From an uncultured Chloroflexia bacterium (lineage in GTDB: Bacteria; Chloroflexota; Limnocylindria; Limnocylindrales; CSP1-4): a DNA stretch of 64,000 nucleotides. The translations under genes were made by a program, and so were the position numbers. A model generated the notes under the pieces. The model saw only the letters and a list, made by a program, of their open reading frames with translations. It did no database searches and was not told where the DNA came from. Shown one piece after another: positions 1-8,620 of this stretch. The DNA is taken from the NCBI GenBank assembly GCA_963712745.1, contig CAVQJC010000008.1, positions 35,968-99,967 of the forward strand, given 5' to 3'. The number at the start of each line of letters is the position of its first letter. Position 1 is the first letter of the stretch.

Positions 1-1
1 G

Positions 2-760
2 GGCCACCCTGGCGCGAGTCGCCTTCACGAGGAGATCGGCGACGTCCTCATCACCCTCGGGGAGTATCCCCGCGCCACCGCGGCGCTGGAGGCGGCTGCG
101 GCCGACGCCGCGCCCGATCGGCTGGCGGGTATCGAGCACCGTCTCGGCCGGATCGCCTTGCGTCGGGGAGACCCCGCCACCGCGGAGGCGCACCTGGCCG
201 CGGCTACAGTGGCACTCGATGGAGCCGGCCCGGTCGCCGGCTCGATGCGTGCTCGCATCGCCGCCGATCGGGCCATGGCAGCCGCGCGAAGCGGCGAGCT
301 TGACCGCGCCTGGTCCCTGGCCAGCGAGGCGCGGACATTGGCGCAAGGTGACCGGGCGGCCGAAGTCGACGCAGACCGAACGGTCGGGCTGGTGGCCCGT
401 GACCGCGGCGAGCATGAGGATGCCCGCCTGTCCCTCGAGCGCAGCCGCAGCGACGCGGACGAGCTCAAAGACCCGATCGCATCGATCGCCGCCTCCAATG
501 CGCTCTCGCTCCTGGCGCGAGACGAGGGTAAGGCCGAGGAAGCCATCACGCTCGCGGAGAACGCCCTCGCTACGGCTCGACGGACTGGCGAGCGGCACCT
601 GGAGGCGGCGCTGGAGAGCAACCTCGCAGACGCGCTCGAAGCTGCCGGTCGGCGCGCTGAAGCCATGGCCCATCTCAAGCTCTCCGCTGAGCTGTACGCG
701 GAACTCGGTGGTGCAGCCGACGGCCTGGATCCCGGCGTCTGGATGCTCCAGACCTGGTAG
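2..760 (+). CDS. C-terminal TPR region of a large transcriptional regulator, probably SARP/AfsR-like ATPase (5'-truncated by window edge)
   Basis: Open frame from position 2 with Ala/Leu-rich TPR-like helices (EAALESNLADALEAAGRRAEAMAHLK), ending PGVWMLQTW. Confidence 0.6.
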   Translation, partial: GHPGASRLHEEIGDVLITLGEYPRATAALEAAAADAAPDRLAGIEHRLGRIALRRGDPATAEAHLAAATVALDGAGPVAGSMRARIAADRAMAAARSGELDRAWSLASEARTLAQGDRAAEVDADRTVGLVARDRGEHEDARLSLERSRSDADELKDPIASIAASNALSLLARDEGKAEEAITLAENALATARRTGERHLEAALESNLADALEAAGRRAEAMAHLKLSAELYAELGGAADGLDPGVWMLQTW

Positions 761-880
761 CCGTCGCCTCGACACGAGAGGGCTCTGAGAGGGCAGACCT
801 GAGTCGGGCAGACCTGGAACCAAGTCCAGCCCCAGGGACGCCCCGGTCCTACCCTTGACCACGCAGGCGGGCTGCCGACA

Positions 881-1567
881 TCAGACGCCGAAGGTGAGCA
901 TGATCGATCCCCAGTTCATCGACAGGTCCCACAGGCCGGCCGCGATGAGCAGCCCGCCGGAGATGATCTCGATCTGGCGGTGATGGCGGGCCAGGAACCG
1001 AACCACGCTGTCCTGTCTCGCGCGCGCCAGCAGCGACAACAGCACCAGCGGCAGGCCGAAGCCAAGGCCGAAAGCGAAGAAAGTCGCGAGCGCACCGACC
1101 GTCTCGGCGGCGCTCACCGAGATGGCCAGCAGCGCTACCAGGAATGGGCCGGCGCAGGGCAACGCGATGGGGCCCAGGAACATGCCGTAGACGAACGCCT
1201 GCGACAGCGGTCCACGTGCGCCCGGCACGCTGATCGTCCGCACCCGCATGAAGGGATTGATGCCGGCCAGCAGCATCACGCCGAGCCCGATCAACAGCAG
1301 ATCGATGAAGGGGATGGCGAAGCCGAGGATGCGACCCATCGGCAGCGCGATAGCGAAGACGACGAGACCGATGATCATCATCGAGGTCAACAAGCCCAGC
1401 AATACCGCTAGGCCAAGGAAGCCGGAGATGCGGGGAGCGTCGCTGCTGCCCTCCTCCACTCCCGAGGCACTCGTCAGATACGCCAGGAACGCTGGGTATA
1501 GAGGCAGCAGGCAGGGACTGGCCGCGGCGGCGAGTCCTGCGCCAAAGGCGACTACGAGTGCGTCCAT
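881..1567 (-). CDS. ccdA: Cytochrome c biogenesis CcdA/DsbD transmembrane protein
   Basis: SPCLLPLYPAFL and LPCAGP Cys motifs, about 6 hydrophobic helices. Confidence 0.85.
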   Translation of the reverse strand: MDALVVAFGAGLAAAASPCLLPLYPAFLAYLTSASGVEEGSSDAPRISGFLGLAVLLGLLTSMMIIGLVVFAIALPMGRILGFAIPFIDLLLIGLGVMLLAGINPFMRVRTISVPGARGPLSQAFVYGMFLGPIALPCAGPFLVALLAISVSAAETVGALATFFAFGLGFGLPLVLLSLLARARQDSVVRFLARHHRQIEIISGGLLIAAGLWDLSMNWGSIMLTFGV

Positions 1568-1650
1568 CCGCCGCTGGCCCTAGGAGGGGACCGAGTCCTC
1601 GCTCCGCCAGCGGTGAAGGCGATGACGACGTCCGGTCATCCCGCGCCGGA

Positions 1651-1800
1651 TCACGTCACGGGCCGGCTGCTCTCGCGCACGATGATCTTGGGCTGCAGCC
1701 GTGTCGTCCAGGGCTCCAGCTCAGTGGGGGAGCTCCGGCGAAGGGCGAGCCGACGGATGGCGTCCACGACGCCTTCGACAGCCAGTACACCAGCATCAAC
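1651..1800 (-). pseudogene. C-terminal fragment of a LacI-family regulator
   Basis: ...AGVLAVEGVVDAI...TTRLQPKIIVRESS resembles the LacI C-terminal 'L.P.LIVRES' signature; no N-terminus. Confidence 0.4.
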
Positions 1801-2300
1801 CAGCCGAGAGCGCCGACGTGGCCGGTGCCCTGGCGGCGTCAGCACCAGCCGAGCGGCCGGAGTGGTTCGACCTGCAGATGACGGACGTCCTGACCGGCGA
1901 GGCCTTCACGATCAATGACTTCGCGGGCAAGGTCGTCCTCCTTGAGACCATGGCCATCTGGTGCCCGACCTGTCGGCAACAGGGCGACGAGGTCGTCCGA
2001 CTCCACGAGCTCCTCGGGGATCCGACCGATCTGGTGTCCATCAGCCTCGACACCGACATGGGAGAGGACGCGGCGATGCTGAAGGAGTACGCCGAGACAC
2101 TGGGCTACGACTGGCACATCGCAGTTGCCCCTCTCCTCGTCGCGCGAGCACTCGGCAACCTGTACAGCGCTCAGTATCTGAACCCGCCGCTTTCGCCGAT
2201 GTTGATCATCGACCGGGACGGAGCGGTTATCGGCCTGCCCTTCGGCCTCAAGAGCGCCGAGAGCCTTCAAGGGGTGGTGGAGCCGCTTCTCGGCCCCTGA
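1701..2300 (+). CDS. TlpA/redoxin-family thiol-disulfide oxidoreductase (N-terminus uncertain or damaged)
   Basis: GKVVLLETMAIWCPTC CxxC motif; PMLIIDRDG; adjacent to ccdA. Confidence 0.75.
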   Translation: MSSRAPAQWGSSGEGRADGWRPRRLRQPVHQHQPAESADVAGALAASAPAERPEWFDLQMTDVLTGEAFTINDFAGKVVLLETMAIWCPTCRQQGDEVVRLHELLGDPTDLVSISLDTDMGEDAAMLKEYAETLGYDWHIAVAPLLVARALGNLYSAQYLNPPLSPMLIIDRDGAVIGLPFGLKSAESLQGVVEPLLGP

Positions 2301-2379
2301 CACCGGCGAACCTCTATCGGAGAGCGCCGACCCGGACGGCATCAGTGCCCGGGCCGGCGTCCTCGCGGCGGATCCCCTG

Positions 2380-2790
2380 CTACCAGAAGTCGTTCACGCC
2401 GTGACCGGTGCTCTGACCGGCCTCGGTATCGCCCTGCCAGTAATGGAGCGGCCGCCCGTCGTGGGTGACCTGGGTGGAGCCATCGGTGGCGGTGATCAGG
2501 CCAACCACGCCCACGACGCCTTCTCCGGCGGCCACGGTGTTGCCGGGCGGCACGGTCACCGGCGGCCAGGTCACGAGGCACTCGCCTTCGCGGACGCTCG
2601 CGCCTGGCGTGGAGTCGGCAGCGAAGTAGTACGTCGTCAGGCCGTCCTTGCCGACCAGGAGCGGTGGCCACGCCTCAAGGCAGCTTCCTGAGCAGACGCT
2701 CACGCCCGGTGTGACGTCCTTGGTGGCGTAGTTCAGCGTCATGCCCTCGGGTCCCACGACGTGGGTGCCCAGGTCATCGCCGGCGAAGGC
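2380..2790 (-). pseudogene. Internally deleted copy of the COG4315-type secreted repeat protein at 45608-46444
   Basis: WPPVTVPPGNTV...DGSTQVTHDGRPLHYWQGDTEAGQSTGHGVNDFW nearly matches the protein at 45608-46444; first repeat fused to second; no signal peptide. Confidence 0.75.
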
Positions 2791-2809
2791 AGGCGCCTCC
2801 GATCACCTC

Positions 2810-3022
2810 CTGAAGTGTGACGGTGTCAGCGAGCTCGCCGGTGTGATCCGATCTGTCAACGCCGGCGACGAGGATGTGGCGCCGGCCCTGGCATGGGGCA
2901 TGCTCCGTGAGCTCCAGACCCCGCGGACGTCACCATACGATGAGCTCACCGACCGGGAGCGCGAGGTCCTCGTCGTGCCACGCGAGGGGCCGCCCCAGCA
3001 GCGGGAGCCCGACGGCACATGA
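2810..3022 (+). pseudogene. Relic of a NarL/LuxR response regulator paralogous to 48532-49182
   Basis: ELAGVIRSVNAG..VAPALAWGMLRELQTPRTSPYDELTDREREVL matches the regulator at 48532-49182; receiver N-terminus and HTH deleted. Confidence 0.75.
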
Positions 3023-3340
3023 CGACCCGGTCGGCTCACCAAGGCCCGACCCGGGAACGCGCTCGGGCAAGGGCTGCGTCTCCGATCGCCGGAGGTGTGC
3101 CCACTGGCGGCAGCGCCTACACCCATGACGAGGACGACATCGCGGTCCAGGAAGCCAGGCCTGCCGACCGAGAAGGGACCGACCCGATGCCCACGCGCTG
3201 GCTGGCGACGTTCAAGCGCATGGAGGGCAGCAGTGAAGCTCGGGTCCACGTATCCGTGGTCTGCGCGACGATGAGCTAGAGGCTGGCTGCCCAGTCTCGT
3301 CTCCACCCACCCCGGTGGCAGTGTCCACTACACTCGGACG

Positions 3341-3634
3341 ATGCCGAGCCTGCGCGAACACCTCGACTCGCCCCAGTTCACCGATGCGGACGGTGAATCC
3401 ACCGGGGAGACGGTCTTGCGCGTGGGCGGCAGCTGGGTCAAGCCTGGTGTGCCCCGCTGGAAGGGCTATCTCTTCTACGCCATCGCCTTCTTCGGCGGAC
3501 TCGGTCTCATCCTCACCTCGACCGATGGCTTCGACCTGTTCGCCCTCTTCGGCCTCGTCTGCGTCGCACTCGGGGTGGCCGGGACCGTCGAGGTCGTCCG
3601 CGGCCGGCCGTTCACCAAGATCTTCGGCGGGTAG
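3341..3634 (+). CDS. Small hypothetical membrane protein
   Basis: 97-aa ORF with two hydrophobic segments and GC3-rich codons. Confidence 0.55.
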   Translation: MPSLREHLDSPQFTDADGESTGETVLRVGGSWVKPGVPRWKGYLFYAIAFFGGLGLILTSTDGFDLFALFGLVCVALGVAGTVEVVRGRPFTKIFGG

Positions 3635-3856
3635 CCCACCCCGGACGAGGGACGCGTCGGGGCCACGAGCGCGGGGCGACGGTCTCCTCAGGGGGTCATC
3701 TCGTCCCTTGAGTCGTGCCCTCCGGCACTGTCTGTCAAGCACACCTGTCACGCATCGTGACCAGTGGACAAGAGGCCGGGCGATGTGGCCCGCCGCGTGA
3801 TGCGAAGGGTCGTCGGCGCACTCGGCCCGTGCGACGGTAGCTTTGGGGGTTTCGCG

Positions 3857-4402
3857 ATGCGGACACTGAGAACGATCCTTGTGATCCCGGTCATCCTCTT
3901 GCTTGTCGCGGGACTCGCCGCGCCGATCGGAGCGCAGTCCGAGCAGCCGGTACCGGCTACAGCCACCGGCACCCTCGAGTTCGTCGAGCCCGGCGCCGAG
4001 GCGACAGTCGGCGAGACCGAGGGGGCGATGACGCACGAGGAGGAAGCCCTCCATGTCCATCAGTGGACCGCCAGTGATCCGCGGCTGACCGGCACGGCCA
4101 CCTACACGGGTAGCTGGCACATCTACGACCCGCCGTCGGAGGACTGCGGCGATCCTGATGTCGACCCTGGAGCCGTCTACGAGATCATGAATGATGGCGG
4201 CGGCTGGCGTTGTTCCGGCGTGCGAGCGCCGATCCCGGGGCCCACCGGTGCGGCCAACGTCCATTCGCTGGTTCTGACCGGTACGGGCGGGTATGAAGGC
4301 CTCTATGCCTACATCCTCATCGACTGGAGTGCGAGCCCCTTCGCGTTCAGCGCGCTGATCACCGAGGACGCGGTGCCCATCGTGCCGCTCCTGCCGGCGT
4401 AG
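3857..4402 (+). CDS. Hypothetical secreted protein
   Basis: MRTLRTILVIPVILLLVAGLAAPIGAQ signal peptide; beta-rich acidic mature region. Confidence 0.7.
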   Translation: MRTLRTILVIPVILLLVAGLAAPIGAQSEQPVPATATGTLEFVEPGAEATVGETEGAMTHEEEALHVHQWTASDPRLTGTATYTGSWHIYDPPSEDCGDPDVDPGAVYEIMNDGGGWRCSGVRAPIPGPTGAANVHSLVLTGTGGYEGLYAYILIDWSASPFAFSALITEDAVPIVPLLPA

Positions 4403-4408
4403 CGGCAC

Positions 4409-4777
4409 CTAGGCAGAGAAGTCGATCGCTTCGGTGACCTCGTCTCGGTGGTAGGGGATGGGCGTGCCCAGCCTGAAACCCCGTGACGAGGTGACCACGA
4501 GGAACAGCTTGTCCGCCTCGAGGATGGCCACGACGACCTCGCGCTGATCCTGGCTCTCGATCTGGCCTACCTCGTCGGAGCGCTCGACACCCCCTATCCG
4601 GTGCGACAGGCGGAAGATGCGGCGTGGCGATACGGGGAATCCGTTGTCGCGCGCGAAACGCACGGTAGCCTCGCGGTACCGTTCGGCCTGCTCCGGCAAA
4701 TCCGCGCCCGGGAAGAAGTAGATCGGGATCTCGTCCGCCATGGGCTGATGGTGCACCACGTCAGGGTCGTCGCTCAA
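4409..4777 (-). CDS. Hypothetical protein
   Basis: 122-aa ORF whose start overlaps the stop of the upstream phosphatase gene. Confidence 0.55.
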   Translation of the reverse strand: MSDDPDVVHHQPMADEIPIYFFPGADLPEQAERYREATVRFARDNGFPVSPRRIFRLSHRIGGVERSDEVGQIESQDQREVVVAILEADKLFLVVTSSRGFRLGTPIPYHRDEVTEAIDFSA

Positions 4778-5580
4778 GCCGGCTCGAGGAACGCGGCTCG
4801 CAGAGCCACCAGCGTGGCCTCGTCGAGGCCGAGCCCTGTACGGAAGTAGGTCTCGATCGAGCCGTATGTCTCGACCATTGCTCCGAGCGCAGCATCGAGG
4901 AAGTCTGTCCGCACGCTCATCAGCGGCTCGATGACGTCGCGCCTGCCACCACGAGCGACGAAATCGTCGATGGCGTGGCCGAACGCCCGTCGCACCTCCA
5001 GGTCACTCAGGAGGTATTCCCGGACCACCTCGTCGGGGGCCACGCCGAGCCACAGCAGCAGGGCCGCCACGGCCCAGCCGGTGCGGTCCTTGCCGGTGGT
5101 GCAGTGGACCAGTGCAGGCCGCCCCGCGGGGTCGGACAACCCGCGGTAGAACCGGGCGTAGCCGGCCCGTGCGCTGGGCAGGCGGATCGATGTCCCTGTA
5201 GGTGGCCAGGTAGAAGCGCTCGGTCCCGCCGTCGGCCAGCTCGGCCGAGGCTCGGACCGGATCCTCCATGAGGGCGAACAGCACGGAGGGGTCAGCCTCT
5301 CCCGAAATCGACCAGCAGGTCGAGTGGGACGTGTCTCGCCCCCGCCGGCAGCCGGTCCGGCCGCCGCTCCTGCTCCATGGCCGTACGCAGGTCGTAGACC
5401 GCCAGGACGCCGAGCCCGGCGAGGGCGGCGAGGTCAGCCTCGCTGGCGCGGTCGAGTGCCACCGAACGATAGAGCAGGCCTGTGCGCACTCGTTCGTCGT
5501 CACGCGTAAGGTGGCCGCCGGCGTCGCGGAGATTGGGAATGCTGGTGAGTTCGATGGCGCGTGTCGTCCGATAGGGTCGC
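4774..5580 (-). pseudogene. Tyrosine/lipid phosphatase (Y_phosphatase3/IphP family), frameshifted twice
   Basis: PNLRDAGG, TGLLYRS, YDLRT..E and HCTTGKDRTG motifs are spread over different frames, with shifts near 5300 and 5190. Confidence 0.8.
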
Positions 5581-5725
5581 GAAGCCGTGGATACTGCGCG
5601 AACAGAGGAGAGCTACACCCTACCGTACTCGACGCTTGTGCTTGGTTCCCGGGCCGCCCGGACTGCCGCACATGGGCCGGGAGGACCGAGTCGCCGACCC
5701 GGCAGCAGGCGTAGGCTGGGCCTTC

Positions 5726-6562
5726 GTGAACCACTACGCCATCGACATCGCCCCACTTGGCTCGCTCGCAGACCCGCGGTCGATCCTGCGCCTGGCGCTG
5801 GCGGCCGAGGACTCAGGCTGGGATGGGCTCAGCATCTGGGACAGTCTTGGCCTGTCGATGGGCACCTCCGCGGCCGACCCGTTCGCCACGCTGGCTGCCG
5901 TCGCGGTGCGGACGAACAGCCTGCGGCTCATCACCTCGGTCATCGCGGCTGCCCGGCGCCGGCCGCAACTGGTGGTCCAGGCCGCCGCCACGCTCGACCT
6001 CCTCAGCGAGGGCCGACTCATCCTGGGCCTCGGAGCCGGAGAAGACCGACCCGACTTCGAAGCGTTCGGAGAATCGCACGAACGAGCGACACGGATCTCG
6101 CGCATGGACGAGGCCATCGCCATCATCGATGCGGGCCTGAGAGGGACGCCGCTCGAGCACGCTGGGACGCACCTCACAGCCACCGGCGTCACGCTCGGCC
6201 CACGTCCGCTCCAGCGGCCGCGGCCACCGATCTGGTTCGGCGCACTGAAGCCAGGTGGACTACGCCGCGCCGCTCACTGGGAGGGCTGGATCGCGGTCGC
6301 CCTGGCCGAGGACGGGTCTTCCATCGACATGACGCCGATAGAGCTCCGAGCACGGGCTGAGCGCATCCGTCGCGAGCGAGCAACGCTGGGCCTGGAAGCG
6401 GCGCCCTATGACATCGCCGTGCTCGGGTCGTCCGCGGCCGATGGCCCGGCGCCGTCCGAATACCTCGCCGCCGGCGCGAGCTGGTGGCTCGAGTCGCTGT
6501 CGCCCATGCGCGGCACCGTCGATGAACTCGAGGCGCTCGTCCGCGCAGGCCCGCCGAGGTAG
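5726..6562 (+). CDS. LLM-class flavin-dependent oxidoreductase (luciferase-like)
   Basis: AEDSGWDGLSIWD, DPFATLAAVA, TLDLLSEGRLILGLGAG, PRPLQRPRPPIWFG. Confidence 0.9.
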   Translation: MNHYAIDIAPLGSLADPRSILRLALAAEDSGWDGLSIWDSLGLSMGTSAADPFATLAAVAVRTNSLRLITSVIAAARRRPQLVVQAAATLDLLSEGRLILGLGAGEDRPDFEAFGESHERATRISRMDEAIAIIDAGLRGTPLEHAGTHLTATGVTLGPRPLQRPRPPIWFGALKPGGLRRAAHWEGWIAVALAEDGSSIDMTPIELRARAERIRRERATLGLEAAPYDIAVLGSSAADGPAPSEYLAAGASWWLESLSPMRGTVDELEALVRAGPPR

Positions 6563-6570
6563 GGGAGACC

Positions 6571-7545
6571 GTGGACTTCGAAGTCGCCATCGATGCGTTC
6601 TCCCGCGTCCTGCCCGTGCTGCTGCTCGTCGGGTTGGGCGCCCTCTTCCGCCGCCGGGAGTTCTTGACGGCCGGCGCCATCGACGGCCTGCGCAAGCTGG
6701 TGCTCAATGTGACGCTGCCGGCGGCGCTGTTCCTGGCCTTCCTGAACACCGACCTTGAGGCGGAATACGCGATCATCGTCGTCAGCGTCTTCGGAGCCTG
6801 CCTGGTCATGCTCGCGGCCGGACCCTACCTGAGGCGCGGGGTCGGCGTTCGGAGCGAGGCCATGCCCAGCCTGGTGGCCGGTTTCGAGGCGGGCATGATC
6901 GGATACGCGCTCTACGCGGCGATCTTCGGGCAGGAAGAGATCTCCCGCTTCGCTATCGTCGATCTGGGCCAGGTGCTGTTCGTCTTCTTCGTCCTGGCGC
7001 CGGTGGTCATGCGCTGGGCCAGCGGCCACGCGCCGCCCCTGACCGAGACCGTGGCCGCGTTCGTTCGCACGCCGGTCATCATCGCCATCGTGGCCGGCGT
7101 AGCCGGCAGCGTCCTGGGTCTGGCGGACACACTGGAGTCGAACTCGCTCGGGTCCGCCGGACTTGAGACGCTGAGCATGCTGGCCGTGGTGACGACGCCC
7201 GCCATCGCCATCGTCATCGGCTACTCCACCTCCTTCTCTGCCGGTTCACTGCGCGATCCGGCGCGGACCCTGGCAGTGCGGCTGCCGATCTGGGTCGTCC
7301 TGGCGCTGGTCTTCAACTGGCTGGTCATCGACCAGCTGCTCGGTCTCGACCGGCTCTTCCAGGCCGCGGTCATGACCATGGCCATCCTGCCGCCCCCATT
7401 CGTGGTGCCGCTGTACATGGCTCGCGCCCGCGGCACCGACGTCAGCCACGACCCGGACCACGACTACCTGGTGAACACCCTCTCGCTGGCCACGCTCGTG
7501 ACCCTGGTGGCGATCACCATCGTGGGGGTCGTCTACGCGAGCTGA
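6571..7545 (+). CDS. AEC (auxin efflux carrier/malate permease) family transporter
   Basis: About 10 TM helices; LVLNVTLPAALF and ILPPP motifs; GGGAG RBS upstream of GTG. Confidence 0.8.
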   Translation: MDFEVAIDAFSRVLPVLLLVGLGALFRRREFLTAGAIDGLRKLVLNVTLPAALFLAFLNTDLEAEYAIIVVSVFGACLVMLAAGPYLRRGVGVRSEAMPSLVAGFEAGMIGYALYAAIFGQEEISRFAIVDLGQVLFVFFVLAPVVMRWASGHAPPLTETVAAFVRTPVIIAIVAGVAGSVLGLADTLESNSLGSAGLETLSMLAVVTTPAIAIVIGYSTSFSAGSLRDPARTLAVRLPIWVVLALVFNWLVIDQLLGLDRLFQAAVMTMAILPPPFVVPLYMARARGTDVSHDPDHDYLVNTLSLATLVTLVAITIVGVVYAS

Positions 7546-7582
7546 CGCGACAGGCCGGTAGCCTGGGCTGACCTGCCGAGCT

Positions 7583-7743
7583 CCTGGCTTGCCGAGTTCC
7601 TGGCTTCCGGTCAGATGGCGCCCTGGCTTGCCGAGTTCCTGGCTTCCGGTCAGATGGCGCCCTGGCTTCCCGAGTTCCTGGCTTCCGGTCAGATGGCGCC
7701 CTGGCTTCCCGAGTTCCTGGCTTCCGGTCAGATGGCGCCCTGG
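7583..7743. repeat. Tandem repeat, 39-bp unit, about 4 copies
   Basis: CCTGGCTT(G/C)CCGAGTTCCTGGCTTCCGGTCAGATGGCGC repeated directly with no spacers. Confidence 0.95.
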
Positions 7744-7914
7744 GTGGCCCTTAGCCAGAAACGCGAGTTCTTCAGGTCGTGCCCGGTGCATGACCATACA
7801 GCTGGATCGCATGAAACGGCCAGATATCCGCCGCTGGTGTATGGCTACGCGTCGCTCGCGGGCCAAGGTAGCGAGGCATCTGGCCAAGGGTCACGGTGCG
7901 GACATGTGGCAGGA

Positions 7915-8047
7915 AGCCAGGTGCGGCACGGAACCCGGGCGACGAGTCGGGCCACGGGCGACGAGTCGGGCCAGGTGCGGCACGGAACCCGGGCGACGAG
8001 CCGGGCCACGGGCGACGAGTCGGGCCACGGGCGACGAGCCGGGCCAC
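7915..8047. repeat. Nested tandem repeat: five 19-bp units within a 54-bp higher-order period
   Basis: GGGCGACGAG(T/C)CGGGCCA(C/G) five times; GTGCGGCACGGAACCC at 7921 and 7975. Confidence 0.9.
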
Positions 8048-8084
8048 AGCATCCGCAGTTAACCGCGAAGCCGCAGGAACGAAC

Positions 8085-8471
8085 CTAGTGGCCGACGAGT
8101 GTGGCGAAGCGCTGGTGGTAGTCCGGCGGCTCGAGCGCGCTGCTGAAGTAGTAATCGACGGCGATGACGGACCCCGCGTCGAGCTTGACCAAGGCCACGA
8201 TGTGGTCGGGCCCGTGGGCACCGGCCGCGTCCTCGATGATGCCCTGGCCGATCCAGACCTGGCCCTCGCCGTGCACGCGGCGCCACTCGATCCGCGGTGG
8301 TTCGCCGGTGCGGCTGCGGTACATGCCCATGATCCGCTCGCGGCCGTCAAAACGCTCGCCCATCTGCGGGCGGCCCTCGACGGCGCCCGGCGCCAGGAGC
8401 GATGCGTAGGTGTCAAGATCCCACTCTGCGAACGCACGCAGGAACTTGCGGGCGACGACGCCCTCTTTCAT
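8085..8471 (-). CDS. SnoaL/NTF2-like protein
   Basis: [41 protein letters not shown]; AGGAGG RBS. Confidence 0.8.
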   Translation of the reverse strand: MKEGVVARKFLRAFAEWDLDTYASLLAPGAVEGRPQMGERFDGRERIMGMYRSRTGEPPRIEWRRVHGEGQVWIGQGIIEDAAGAHGPDHIVALVKLDAGSVIAVDYYFSSALEPPDYHQRFATLVGH

Positions 8472-8620
8472 GTAGCTCGTACCTCCTGTTCGGTAGCATC
8501 GTAGCCGGTCCGCGCCACCGTCGGGACCGGATGGACTCACCGCCGATGACCCGTGGACCGCTCGAGGGGGCGAACCGGCCCATCCGTCGACTTGGCCGCG
8601 GCCGATACCATCAGCGCACG

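Noticed and set aside
791-816. GGGCAGACCTG direct repeat downstream of the TPR regulator as a binding site
   Set aside because: Only two copies, in a convergent intergenic region with no downstream target gene
7583-8047. CRISPR array
   Set aside because: Units are directly adjacent with no unique spacers, and no cas genes are present
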